The notes under the pieces: generated by a model
What the model saw: only the letters and a program-made list of their open reading frames with translations
Databases searched by the model: none
Told to the model about the DNA's origin: nothing
Source: an uncultured Poribacteria bacterium
Lineage (GTDB): Bacteria; Poribacteria; WGA-4E; WGA-3G
Assembly: GCA_951813565.1 (NCBI GenBank)
Contig: OX638351.1
Location: 1,024,001 to 1,088,000, forward strand
Direction of reading: 5' to 3'
Length of the DNA stretch: 64,000 nt
Position numbers and translations under genes: made by a program
In this document: positions 29,401 through 39,108 of the stretch, one piece after another
Layout: the number at the start of each line of letters is the position of its first letter
How positions within the stretch are numbered: the first letter of the stretch is position 1

Positions 29401-30452
29401 CAGGGTTATTCAGTTTTATGAATTTTCATTTTATAAGGTTAACTGCGAGTTTAGGTTTTGAAGCGAGATATTTGATTGTATCAGAGATAGTGTATACCCT
29501 GCAAATCGTCCTACCGATAATGCTGTATTACGCATTGCTGCCATGACTTGTGGTATAGCACCGCATCGGACAGGAGAGGCATCTTCTCCAAGTACCGTCC
29601 CCCGCATCCAGTGCGACTTGTTCTCTTCTCTATTGACCAATGTCCACGCCGTCCAGTCAGTAAGCGTTCGGCAGATGCTGCTTCGGGTTTAGACTTGTTA
29701 TACCATAGTGAACTTTGTGTGTTTCTTCTTTTGTGTTCAGACTTTTGTCCGTCCAATGATATTGGATCACTTGTGCTATCCCTGGCCAGTCCAGATACGC
29801 ATTGAGACTTGTGCTTGCTTTGGGACACCTTGTCTCAAGTCTACCCTGTGATTTTTCAACTGTCTCGTAAATGTGGATCGGTTTTCCTAAAACAGGGTGT
29901 GTTGTCTCCTCAGAAAGTGTGTCAGGAACGTCTTGAAAAAGTTTCTCAATCGCATCTAAAAGGTCAGGTTGGTTGTCTTTGACAGGGAGCACATAGTCGC
30001 CTTCACGCTCTATGATGGCGTGGCAGAAAGTTCGCTGTGTCAAATTCTTAGAGTTTCTTCTAATGCCTCAACATCTAACTTTTTCAATAGATTATGGATA
30101 GTTGCAGCACAAGGTGTTATCTTCTTTGTGAAACCGAGTGCTTTTGCGAGTGCTGGTTGTGAGCGTGCCCAAGTAGCGATTGATGTCCACCCTTTATGTC
30201 CGCACATCAATCCGATGACGACAAGTGCGAGGGTTGATGTCAGCGGATGTCGTTTCCCTTTATTCTTGCGTGGGTCTTCAAGTTTTGCTAACATATCTAT
30301 CAAGTGGCAAGATTTTCTTCTTGTCATTATTCACCTCAAAATAGGTCGTTTTAAGGTGAACTATAGCAGATATGGTGTAAAAAAACACGCTATATCTGCT
30401 TTTCATAAAAAATAAACACTTATGAAAAAATTTCGAAAACTGAATAACCCTG
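29401..30452 (-). mobile_element. ISAs1-family IS, inactive
   Basis: Perfect 17-bp TIR CAGGGTTATTCAGTTTT at 29401-29417 and 30436-30452. Transposase fragments inside. Confidence 0.92.
29431..30327 (-). pseudogene. ISAs1 transposase pseudogene (internal deletion and frameshifts)
   Basis: DPR..GKRHPL, TQR..C..II..GDYVLPVKDNQ, RGHWSIE and HW...LGEDAS occur in different frames. The IDGK catalytic segment is absent. Confidence 0.88.
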
Positions 30453-30533
30453 GGTTTGCTCAAAAACATTTGAAATTATCTGATTTGTATAGTATAATAT
30501 ATTTTTAAACACAGTACCAATAGGTCTGGATTC

Positions 30534-30881
30534 TTGAAAAACCGCAAATTTGTTCCTAATATCCTCATATTATTTGCGATAGTTTGTTATGTAACATTGC
30601 TTGGCTTTAGTCCGCTGTTGCACGACCACGAACATGCACACGATCATGAGTCTGAACAGGATCATGAGCATGAACACTCTGAGCCATCCCATTCGGAGGA
30701 AAACTGTGCAGCGTGTGCATTTATCAATACCAACGTAGAATTCAAAATCCAGCCAGCTGTTTTAGTCGGACCTTCCCCTTGCTGTGGTGAACCTTCACCC
30801 AGCGAAGTTGTTTTTGTCCCCCTAATACCAGCGACAAATATCCAGAGTCGCGCACCACCTATATTTCCCAATTCCATCTAA
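30534..30881 (+). CDS. DUF2946-like His-rich leader protein with CxxC and C-terminal RAPP
   Basis: N-terminal hydrophobic helix, HDHEHAHDHE...HEHEH, CAAC and QSRAPP. Confidence 0.8.
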   Translation: MKNRKFVPNILILFAIVCYVTLLGFSPLLHDHEHAHDHESEQDHEHEHSEPSHSEENCAACAFINTNVEFKIQPAVLVGPSPCCGEPSPSEVVFVPLIPATNIQSRAPPIFPNSI

Positions 30882-31226
30882 TATTAATTTTGAAATCTAA
30901 AGATATAATCTATCTTTGGTTATAATTTCTTGCAGAAGGCACTAACTTTGTAGAAGCCATAAAGGTTGACAATGGATAGATGTAACTGTGCTTGCGTAGA
31001 TTTACGCGCCTTTGTATCCATTATTTCTGTTTTCCTCCTGCGGCTGGCTCATATTTAGTTTCAAGGATGTGTAGAAAGGGACGATATTTAGCACGTCTTC
31101 CTACAGCACTATCTTTGCACCTATGCATCTACCATGTGCATTTCTATTATTCATGCACATTTTGTACTATAGTTATAAGAATTTTTAGGCACGTATTTTG
31201 TGCCGCAAACAAAATTGGAGAATACA

Positions 31227-31811
31227 ATGTTTACATATTTTTTTGAACGCGACATTACTGTCACCATTTCACGATTAATCTTACTCGCTTTTGTTGCTGT
31301 CCTGCCTTTTATGGGTGGTTGCGGCGAAGATCAAAATCCTATCACGGATGACCATGAGGGTGAGGAAACGATTCACGCTGATTCAGACGGAGTTTTGCTT
31401 AAAGTTGATGGCGTGGAAATCTACCGCCAGCATGAAGGAACTCAAACTGGTGGTATCACTCTTGGCGAAAACGACGAAATTGAGGTGGCAGTTGTCTTTC
31501 TCAACGCGAACGAGGAAGAAATACATCTTGATGAAATTGCTGGAGAAGAAGGTGAGGAAGATGAGCACGGACATGATGAGGAGGAAACCTTCGGCTTAGC
31601 AATAACCGAGTATGATTCAGCCATCATTGACGTCCATTTATCGGAGGAAGATGCGGATCATGGGGATGACGAAGATGAGCATGATGAAGAATCTGAGTTG
31701 AGTTTTGAAGTCATTGGACTAAAAGCAGGCGAAACGACTATCAAACTTCAACTGCTGCACGGTGACCATCCCGATTTCACGGCACTTCCGATACCGGTAA
31801 CTGTCCAATAG
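31227..31811 (+). CDS. Acidic His-rich lipoprotein
   Basis: Lipobox MGG|C, D/E/H-rich loops and C-terminal LLHGDHPDF. Confidence 0.8.
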   Translation: MFTYFFERDITVTISRLILLAFVAVLPFMGGCGEDQNPITDDHEGEETIHADSDGVLLKVDGVEIYRQHEGTQTGGITLGENDEIEVAVVFLNANEEEIHLDEIAGEEGEEDEHGHDEEETFGLAITEYDSAIIDVHLSEEDADHGDDEDEHDEESELSFEVIGLKAGETTIKLQLLHGDHPDFTALPIPVTVQ

Positions 31812-31822
31812 GGAGAATTTCC

Positions 31823-34090
31823 ATGCGTATTATTGGAAATTCAGGTAGTTGTAACTGTGCTACGGTAGGTGCGCTCTTAAAGCGTACCTACCTACTTGCG
31901 CTGACATTAGGAATTTGCTGTATATGCTGCCATATCAGAAACGCCCAAAGTAACCAGGTTACATCTCACCAGCTGCGCGGAGAAGTCATTGACGAGTGGA
32001 GTCATACCCGTCTTGAGGGGGTAAGCGTCCGTATCATCGGACTGGATAAGACAACCCAGACAGACACAAACGGACAGTTTCAGTTTGATGATGTGCCAAA
32101 AGGGCGGTATACACTTCGGTTTACCAAAACTAGCTATCAGCAGTTTGAACAGTTTGTAGAAGTTAATGCGTCTACACCTTATCTCAAGGTTGAACTGGAG
32201 ACGTTGGCGTTTCAACTGCAAACCATCAGGGTATACGGTTTAAATCGCTATCTTTCACAGTTTGAGGAAACAACCGATTTAGCATTGGGTGAGGCAGAAC
32301 TCCAAAGACGGTTAGGTATGACCTTGGCGAACACGTTGGCAAATGAGATCGGCGTTTCACAACGAACGATGGGACGAGCAATCGCTCGTCCTGTTATTCG
32401 TGGATTGGGCGGTGACAGGCTGCTCATTCTTGAAAACGGCGAACGGACAGGCGATAAATCCGCCTCCAGTGCTGACCACGCCGTATCCATTGATCCGACG
32501 ACCGCTGAAGGCGTTGAAATTATACGTGGTCCCGCATCGCTCATTTACGGATCAAGTGCCCTGGGTGGGGTTATCAACGTCAAAAGCAATCACATCCCCC
32601 AAATTCTACCGAGACGGCTCGATATGCATCTAACGTTCCAAGCTGAATCTGTCAACTCAGGTTTGACCGGAACGACAGGTTTTACGTTCCCTATTGGTGA
32701 TTTTGCGGGCAATGTGGAGTGGAATCGGCGGCGCGCATCCGACATACAAACGCCGGTGGGGGACCTCGCAAACACTGCCCTTTCAAACGTCAATTTTTCA
32801 GGCGGTGCCTCGCTGATTAAGCCGTGGGGCTTCATCGGTGCCTCTGGAAGCAGTTATCGTTCAGATTACGGTGTTCCTGGTTCTCCAGAAGGACATATCA
32901 GCGGAGTTAACATCGCACTTGACAAGCAACGCTATGAAGGACAGATGGAATACCGCTTCAATACAAGGATGCTTGAAAAAGTAAAACTCCAAACTGCCTA
33001 TACGCGTTATCAGCATCAAGAGTTGGAGTCGAACGGGACACTTGGTGTGGAATTCGGTGTGCTAACCTACAATTTCTCAGCAATGGCTCACGTGTTAGAC
33101 AACGCCGTTGCGGGTATTTGGGGTGAGTACCGAGACCATGCCACAGGCGGGTTTTACTGGACACCGCACACCCGTGAATTCGCGTTGGCAGGATTCTATC
33201 TAAACCAGCGTAACTTTGACAAACTCACCTTACAAGGGGCTATCCGCTACGACGTTAGGCGGGCGGAACCGTTTAGACCCGGAGCAGTTGTCCGAGCTGG
33301 AACCGTCCAACGCCGTGATTTCAACGGTGTTTCCGGGGCCACCTCTGGAATTTACCATTGGACGGATAGGTTGAGCACTGGAGCGACCCTGATGAAAACG
33401 TTTCGCGCACCCGGTATTGAGGAACTTTTCAGCGATGGACCCCACTTGGCTGTCTTTTCCTACGAAATCGGCAATGCAGAGCTGGAATCTGAGAATGGAT
33501 ATGGCACTGAACTCTTCGTCAAATACGCTAATGATAGGTTCAGATTCAATCTTGCACTTTTCAGGAATCAGATACGGAACTACCTCATTCCGACGAACAG
33601 CGGTCAAAAAGAGTGGGGCAGCGGGGCAGCCGGATGGTTGTGGATTTATCAATACATGGGACACGATGTTGTGATGGATGGGACTGAAATCCAAATAGGG
33701 GGTGAGGTCCTCTCACAGATCCATCTTCAGTTGAATATGAGTTACATCCACGGAACTATTCAAACCAGTGGGCGACCACTGGAGCGTATCCCACCCCTCA
33801 ACGGTAAATTCGTCATCAGCTACACGCCGACACCGTTGCATTTGCATGTTGCAGCCCGTTTTTCAGGCAGCCAGACCCGGCTCAGCGAATTTGAGGAACC
33901 GACAGACGGCTATCTCGTCTATGATATTGGAGGTTATTTCAATTTTTCGTGGTGGCAGCTTGAGAACATGGTGGTTTTCGAGGTTGAAAACCTCCTGGAT
34001 ACAGTATACCGCGAACATCTATCCCGCATCAAAGCGGTAATGCCAGAACCGGGTAGAAATATAAAGTTTTTGTACAAACTTAATTTTTAA
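31823..34090 (+). CDS. TonB-dependent receptor (ZnuD-like, N-terminal carboxypeptidase-regulatory-like domain)
   Basis: RPVIRGLGGDR, EIIRGPASLIYGSSALGGVINV, FRAP..EELFSDGPH, ENLLD.YREHLSR and terminal F. Confidence 0.95.
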   Translation: MRIIGNSGSCNCATVGALLKRTYLLALTLGICCICCHIRNAQSNQVTSHQLRGEVIDEWSHTRLEGVSVRIIGLDKTTQTDTNGQFQFDDVPKGRYTLRFTKTSYQQFEQFVEVNASTPYLKVELETLAFQLQTIRVYGLNRYLSQFEETTDLALGEAELQRRLGMTLANTLANEIGVSQRTMGRAIARPVIRGLGGDRLLILENGERTGDKSASSADHAVSIDPTTAEGVEIIRGPASLIYGSSALGGVINVKSNHIPQILPRRLDMHLTFQAESVNSGLTGTTGFTFPIGDFAGNVEWNRRRASDIQTPVGDLANTALSNVNFSGGASLIKPWGFIGASGSSYRSDYGVPGSPEGHISGVNIALDKQRYEGQMEYRFNTRMLEKVKLQTAYTRYQHQELESNGTLGVEFGVLTYNFSAMAHVLDNAVAGIWGEYRDHATGGFYWTPHTREFALAGFYLNQRNFDKLTLQGAIRYDVRRAEPFRPGAVVRAGTVQRRDFNGVSGATSGIYHWTDRLSTGATLMKTFRAPGIEELFSDGPHLAVFSYEIGNAELESENGYGTELFVKYANDRFRFNLALFRNQIRNYLIPTNSGQKEWGSGAAGWLWIYQYMGHDVVMDGTEIQIGGEVLSQIHLQLNMSYIHGTIQTSGRPLERIPPLNGKFVISYTPTPLHLHVAARFSGSQTRLSEFEEPTDGYLVYDIGGYFNFSWWQLENMVVFEVENLLDTVYREHLSRIKAVMPEPGRNIKFLYKLNF

Positions 34091-34144
34091 CTTATGCTGT
34101 ATGGACAGGTCATTTTTACTATCCATACGATTTTAGGAGAAAAA

Positions 34145-34543
34145 TTGAAAAAATATTTTAGTCAAGAATTAGTAGACAATACTGGCGCATGTCTATCTTT
34201 TGCGTGTGCGGTCCATTGCATGGCGATACCGCTTCTGGTGACCATGTTACCTTTGATCGGTCTCGGTTTCTTTGCGACTGAGCGTGCTGAATTGGTCCTT
34301 ATCACTGGCGCAATTGGACTGGCAATCGCGAGTTTAGCGTGGGGTGTTCGACTCCACCGAAGCTGGCGAGCCTTGTTGATACTAATAGTGGCGTTGGCAT
34401 TCATCGCCACCTCTCGGACAGCCGTTGAAGACACTTTTGAAGTGGTCTTTTACAGTATCGGTGGGATTTTACTCGCCTCCGCACACCTTGTAAATCGGCA
34501 CCTATGTAGGACCTGTCCAGCATGTGAGCTGGGAGATGTATAA
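34145..34543 (+). CDS. MerC-family membrane protein (copy 1)
   Basis: D.TGACLSFACAVHC..P and AHLVNRHLC. TTG start after AGGAG SD. Confidence 0.85.
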   Translation: MKKYFSQELVDNTGACLSFACAVHCMAIPLLVTMLPLIGLGFFATERAELVLITGAIGLAIASLAWGVRLHRSWRALLILIVALAFIATSRTAVEDTFEVVFYSIGGILLASAHLVNRHLCRTCPACELGDV

Positions 34544-34547
34544 AATT

Positions 34548-35504
34548 ATGCAGAGAAAAATTATGCAGAGAATATACATTTCAGTGTGTTTAATAGGTAT
34601 GCTGGTATGGTCTGGCTGTGATCCGAAGGAACAACCGGGTGCTGTCACAGACGATAAACTTCGCGTTGTTACCACAATCGGTATGATTACTGATGTTGTT
34701 AAAAATGTTGGCGGTACGCGCGTTGAGGTAACCGGGATAGTGGAACCTGGAGTAGACCCACACTTTTACAACCCGACTCCTAAAGATGCCCAAAGGCTCG
34801 GTTCAGCACACATCATCTTCTATAACGGGCTGCACCTTGAAGCAAAAATGGGAGCCATCCTTGCAAAGATGTCGGAGGATACACTGACGGTCGCCGTAAC
34901 AGACGCTGTAGATCGGAGTCTATTGCTAACACCCCAAGAATACGAGGGACTCCACGATCCGCACTTATGGTTTGACGTGAAGCTTTGGATGCAAGCGGTG
35001 GGAAAGGTTCGCGATGTCCTGAGTGAATTCGATGCCGGTAATACTGTCTTGTACCGAAGCAACGCCGAACGTTACCTCACGAAACTCGTGAAACTCGATG
35101 AATACGTAAAATCGCAAGTGGAACGCGTGCCATCTCAGCAACGCGTCCTTGTGACGGCGCACGACTGTTTTAACTACTTCGGAAAGGCGTACGGGTTTGA
35201 GGTGCGCGGATTACAAGGTATTAGCACCACGACAGAAGTCGGTATCGCTGATGTACAGGAATTGGCGACGTTTATTGTGGAGCGGGGTATCTCTGCTATT
35301 TTTGTAGAGTCATCCGTCTCTTCACGCAGTCTCGAAGCGGTGAAAGCCGCTGTGAAGTCAAAAGGATTTGATGTAGAGATTGGTGGTGAGCTCTTCACAG
35401 ACGCTATCGGAAACGAGGGAACACCTGAAGGTACCTACATCGGGATGATCCGACATAATATTGATACGATTGTACATGCTTTGATTAGGGAATCGGAGTT
35501 ATAA
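34548..35504 (+). CDS. Zn/Mn ABC transporter substrate-binding lipoprotein (TroA/MntA-like)
   Basis: WSGC lipobox, GVDPH, YNGLHLE, DPHLWFD, HDCFNYFG and GGELFTDA. Confidence 0.93.
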   Translation: MQRKIMQRIYISVCLIGMLVWSGCDPKEQPGAVTDDKLRVVTTIGMITDVVKNVGGTRVEVTGIVEPGVDPHFYNPTPKDAQRLGSAHIIFYNGLHLEAKMGAILAKMSEDTLTVAVTDAVDRSLLLTPQEYEGLHDPHLWFDVKLWMQAVGKVRDVLSEFDAGNTVLYRSNAERYLTKLVKLDEYVKSQVERVPSQQRVLVTAHDCFNYFGKAYGFEVRGLQGISTTTEVGIADVQELATFIVERGISAIFVESSVSSRSLEAVKAAVKSKGFDVEIGGELFTDAIGNEGTPEGTYIGMIRHNIDTIVHALIRESEL

Positions 35505-35566
35505 ACCGTTTCTACAAAAGAATCGAGGATCCTAACCTCTTATACAACGGAGTCTTAAAGATGTAG

Positions 35567-35824
35567 ATGAAATTTTTCAATTCGCAAAAAGAGAGTGACC
35601 CACGTCAACTCGCCCAAGTCAAATCGTGGGTCTCCCAAGCCTTTGGCCTATCAGAAGATGTCTCCGTGATGATTACTCAGTTGCAATGCACCGAAGAAGG
35701 CTGCCCGCCTATTGAAACGGTCATTGCAATCATGGAGACACCGGGAAAGCCCCGGCAATACAAGATTCACAAACCGCTGGCGGAGGTGAAGCAGACGGAC
35801 ATCGTTAGCTTGACCGCTGGCTAA
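35567..35824 (+). CDS. Small conserved-looking protein with CxxxGCPPxETVI motif
   Basis: QLQCTEEGCPPIETVI...KIHKPL. Immediately upstream of the COG0523 gene. Confidence 0.75.
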   Translation: MKFFNSQKESDPRQLAQVKSWVSQAFGLSEDVSVMITQLQCTEEGCPPIETVIAIMETPGKPRQYKIHKPLAEVKQTDIVSLTAG

Positions 35825-35843
35825 ATTCAACAAGGAGAGAAAG

Positions 35844-37196
35844 ATGAACACATCCATGCTAAACAATCAAGTCCCTGTCACCGTGTTGACGGGCTTTTTA
35901 GGGTCTGGTAAAACCACGCTTCTCAACCGTATTCTCACCGAAAACCATGGCAAACGTATCGCCGTCATCGAAAACGAGTTTGGCGAGGTTGGTGTCGATA
36001 ATGATTTGGTCATCGGTGCCGAAGAAGAGATTTTCGAGATGAACAATGGTTGCATCTGCTGCACGGTGCGCGGGGATCTCATCCGTATTTTGGGGAATCT
36101 GATGAAGCGTCGCGATAAGTTCGACTACATCATGGTCGAAACCACTGGGCTTGCGGACCCCGGGCCAGTTGCTCAGACATTCTTCATGGACACCGAAATG
36201 CAGGAGAAACTGCAACTGGATTCCGTCACGACGGTGGTTGATGCCAAACACATCTGGCAGCACATCGATGACAGCGATGAAGCGCGTGAACAGATCGCCT
36301 TTGCCGATGTCATTTTGTTGAACAAGATTGACCTTGTGACCGAGGGAGAGTTAGATCAACTGGAAGCCAGAATTCGCAGCATGAACAGTGCAGCGAAGAT
36401 TTATCGAACGAAAAACGCCGTAGTTGAAATGGACAAGATTCTCAATGTCGGCGGATTCGATCTCGACCGGGCGATGGAGGTTGACCCCCAGTTTATGGAA
36501 CCGGAGTACCCCTTTGAATGGGCTGGTGTTTATAGCCTTTCGGCAGGTACGCATGAATTGGTTCTTCAAGAAGGTCCTGACCCGACAATGAAACTCGCGT
36601 TGGTGCCCGTAAATGAGTCAACCGATGAAGCTTTGGAGGCCGTTGTTGAGCCAGTCGTTATGGTTTTCTCCGATGACGAGCATGAACTTTCGGCGGGTGG
36701 CACCCTTCAACCGAGTGGACAACTCATTGCGTTGAATCTCACAGCCGATGAATTACGCTTTGATGTGCAGATCGACCGCCCCGGTGCTTACGCGCTGTTT
36801 ACCGAGCATCACCCCGACGAATTTCAAGCACAACTCTTTGGCAGCGGTGCCCTTGTCAAGCCAGTTGTTGAACGCGAATTTAAGCCAGACCACGAACATG
36901 ATGACGAAGTCACATCGGTCGGCATCACAACCCTCGGAGACCTCGATGCCGACCAACTGAACGATTGGATTGGCGATCTGCTTCGAACAAAAGGTGTTGA
37001 CATCTTCCGCATGAAAGGTATTCTGAGCATCAAGGGTGAGCCAAACCGTTTCGTCTTCCAAGGTGTTCATATGCTCTTTGACGGTCGCCCGGACCGCCCA
37101 TGGGGTGGTGAACCGCGCTACAATAGCCTCATCTTCATCGGGCGCAACCTCGACCGGGCCGAATTGACTGAAGGGTTTGAAGCATGTCTCGCTTGA
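35844..37196 (+). CDS. COG0523/CobW-family G3E GTPase metallochaperone
   Basis: GFLGSGKTT, ENEFGE, GCICC, ETTGLADP, NKID, HEHD and CobW_C (FRMKG..FQGVH). Carries an extra internal domain. Confidence 0.96.
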   Translation: MNTSMLNNQVPVTVLTGFLGSGKTTLLNRILTENHGKRIAVIENEFGEVGVDNDLVIGAEEEIFEMNNGCICCTVRGDLIRILGNLMKRRDKFDYIMVETTGLADPGPVAQTFFMDTEMQEKLQLDSVTTVVDAKHIWQHIDDSDEAREQIAFADVILLNKIDLVTEGELDQLEARIRSMNSAAKIYRTKNAVVEMDKILNVGGFDLDRAMEVDPQFMEPEYPFEWAGVYSLSAGTHELVLQEGPDPTMKLALVPVNESTDEALEAVVEPVVMVFSDDEHELSAGGTLQPSGQLIALNLTADELRFDVQIDRPGAYALFTEHHPDEFQAQLFGSGALVKPVVEREFKPDHEHDDEVTSVGITTLGDLDADQLNDWIGDLLRTKGVDIFRMKGILSIKGEPNRFVFQGVHMLFDGRPDRPWGGEPRYNSLIFIGRNLDRAELTEGFEACLA

Positions 37197-38239
37197 ACAA
37201 CCTGAGCAACCGCATTCTCCAGCCCTCTCAACTGCGCGAAAATTGGACGGCAACCATCAGCGACCACGTCATTGATCTGGCGTGGTCCCCTGATGGGAAA
37301 TACATCGCTGCCGCGTCGGTTCTCGGTCCGGTGACAATTTTTGAAGGGCATCGTCGAGCGGTTATCCATGCCTTTGAAGGGCATGAATTCGGTACAATGT
37401 CGATCGCATGGCGTCCAGACAGCAAGGTGCTTGCAAGCGCAGGACAAGATGGGAAAATTCGGTTGTGGGATATGACAAGTGGCGAAGCGACCCATTCGCT
37501 TGACGGGGGCGCAGCATGGGTTGAGCACCTATCTTGGAGTGGCGGCGAAAAACCGATACTCGCCTCTGCCGCGGGTCGTAAGTTGAAACTCTGGAACGCT
37601 GGCGGTGAGCTTGTTCGCGAATATCCCGACCATCAGAGCACGATTTCTGGTCTCCAGTGGAAACCGCGTGTAAAGCAACTTGCCTCAATTGCCTACGGCG
37701 GTGCCACGCTGTGGGACCCGCAACAGTCGGAAGCCGTCCGCCGATTGGAATGGCAAGGTTCATCACTCGTGATTGCGTGGAGCCCTGACGGCAAACACAT
37801 CGCCACCGGAGATCAAGATTCGACTGTACACTTCTGGATTATGTCTACCGGTGAGGACTTGCAAATGACTGGCTATCCGACGAAAGTGCGAGAACTCTCG
37901 TGGGATGCCACGAGTCGATACTTGGCTACCGGAGGCGGTCAGGAAGTTACGGTGTGGGATTGTTCCGGTCGCGGCCCGGCAGGGACTAAACCCATTACGC
38001 TTTCCGGGCATCAGGATTTTCTCAGCGTTGTGCGTTTTCAACATCGCGGAAAACTGCTGGCATCAGGCGGCACCGACGGTCTGGTCTACGTCTGGCAATT
38101 GCGAGGCAGAATCAGTTCTCTGGCGGTTCATAAAGCCGCTCTGGCAGCGGGGGTCACAAGCCTCGTTTGGTCACCGAATGACCAGCATATTGCTGTTGGT
38201 GACGAGGCGGGTGGGGTGAGCGTCTTTTCTATAACTTAA
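37184..38239 (+). CDS. WD40-repeat protein
   Basis: Repeated WSPDG and ASAGQDGKIRLWD. Overlaps the GTPase stop. Confidence 0.92.
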   Translation: MSRLNNLSNRILQPSQLRENWTATISDHVIDLAWSPDGKYIAAASVLGPVTIFEGHRRAVIHAFEGHEFGTMSIAWRPDSKVLASAGQDGKIRLWDMTSGEATHSLDGGAAWVEHLSWSGGEKPILASAAGRKLKLWNAGGELVREYPDHQSTISGLQWKPRVKQLASIAYGGATLWDPQQSEAVRRLEWQGSSLVIAWSPDGKHIATGDQDSTVHFWIMSTGEDLQMTGYPTKVRELSWDATSRYLATGGGQEVTVWDCSGRGPAGTKPITLSGHQDFLSVVRFQHRGKLLASGGTDGLVYVWQLRGRISSLAVHKAALAAGVTSLVWSPNDQHIAVGDEAGGVSVFSIT

Positions 38240-38318
38240 AGTTCAACATTCAAACGGAGTCAGTTGTCACAGTTCTTACTTTGGTTATTTAACCAAGCTA
38301 AGATCTTAGGCAATAGTG

Positions 38319-38432
38319 TATAGTAAAGTCAAAATTAAAGAGACATTTCAGTGATTGCGGAGACTGCCTTCTCGTAAGAGCGAGGTTCCCTCGCCCGCTG
38401 TGAAGCGTTTCATTAATTCTGAAATCCACTAT
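38319..38432. repeat. TATAGT-ended inverted-repeat element with internal hairpin
   Basis: TATAGTAAAGTCAAAATTAA...TTAATTCTGAAATCCACTATA. Confidence 0.5.
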
Positions 38433-38613
38433 AGTTTGCGCATCTTGGAACACGGGGAATCATGGCGAATATCATACGCGTATTCGCCCAATAGCATTCA
38501 TACCGTTGATTTACTAACAGTGTGCGTTACGAAAATTGCTTGGACCGAACTCACATTAACATACCTTGTATGGACAAATCTATTATTGCTGTCAATACAA
38601 TTTAGGAGAAAAA

Positions 38614-39024
38614 TTGAAAAAATATTTTAGTCAAGAATTCGTAGACAATACTGGCGCATGTCTATCTTTTGCGTGTGCGATCCACTGCATGGCGATGCCG
38701 CTTTTGATAACTATTTTACCTTTGATCGGTCTCAGTTTTCTCGCCAGTGAACCCGCGGAATTAGCCATCATCGGTGGGGCAGTCGTGCTTGCACTTGGAA
38801 GTATAGTTTGGGGTGTTCGCCATCACCGAAGTTGGCATGCATTCCTCGTACTCGTTGTGGCATTCGCATTTATCGCTACTGCTCACATGGCAGCTGAAGG
38901 CATTTATGAGGTGCTCTTACACAGCGGAGGAGGCATCCTACTTGCATCAGCACATCTCTTAAACCGCCATTTGTGTAAAACTTGCCCTGCATGTGAACAC
39001 GAACATGTTGGTGATTCTCATTAA
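38614..39024 (+). CDS. MerC-family membrane protein (copy 2)
   Basis: Paralog of 34145-34543 with a near-identical 5' end and upstream region. His-containing tail. Confidence 0.85.
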   Translation: MKKYFSQEFVDNTGACLSFACAIHCMAMPLLITILPLIGLSFLASEPAELAIIGGAVVLALGSIVWGVRHHRSWHAFLVLVVAFAFIATAHMAAEGIYEVLLHSGGGILLASAHLLNRHLCKTCPACEHEHVGDSH

Positions 39025-39040
39025 TTCACTAAACGTTTTC

Positions 39041-39082
39041 CATCCAAGTAGGTGCGGTTAGGAAGCCACACCTACTTGGATG
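39041..39082. terminator. REP-like hairpin between convergent genes
   Basis: CATCCAAGTAGGTG...CACCTACTTGGATG. Confidence 0.55.
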
Positions 39083-39108
39083 AATCGCGTTAATTTGGTA
39101 TTAGAAAC

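Noticed and set aside
30992..31246. 84-aa Cys/His-containing ORF
   Set aside because: No SD, TTG start, spans a REP-like hairpin and overlaps the lipoprotein start; probably spurious.
34145..39024. Mercury-resistance operon
   Set aside because: No merA, merR, merP or merT. The context is metal uptake.
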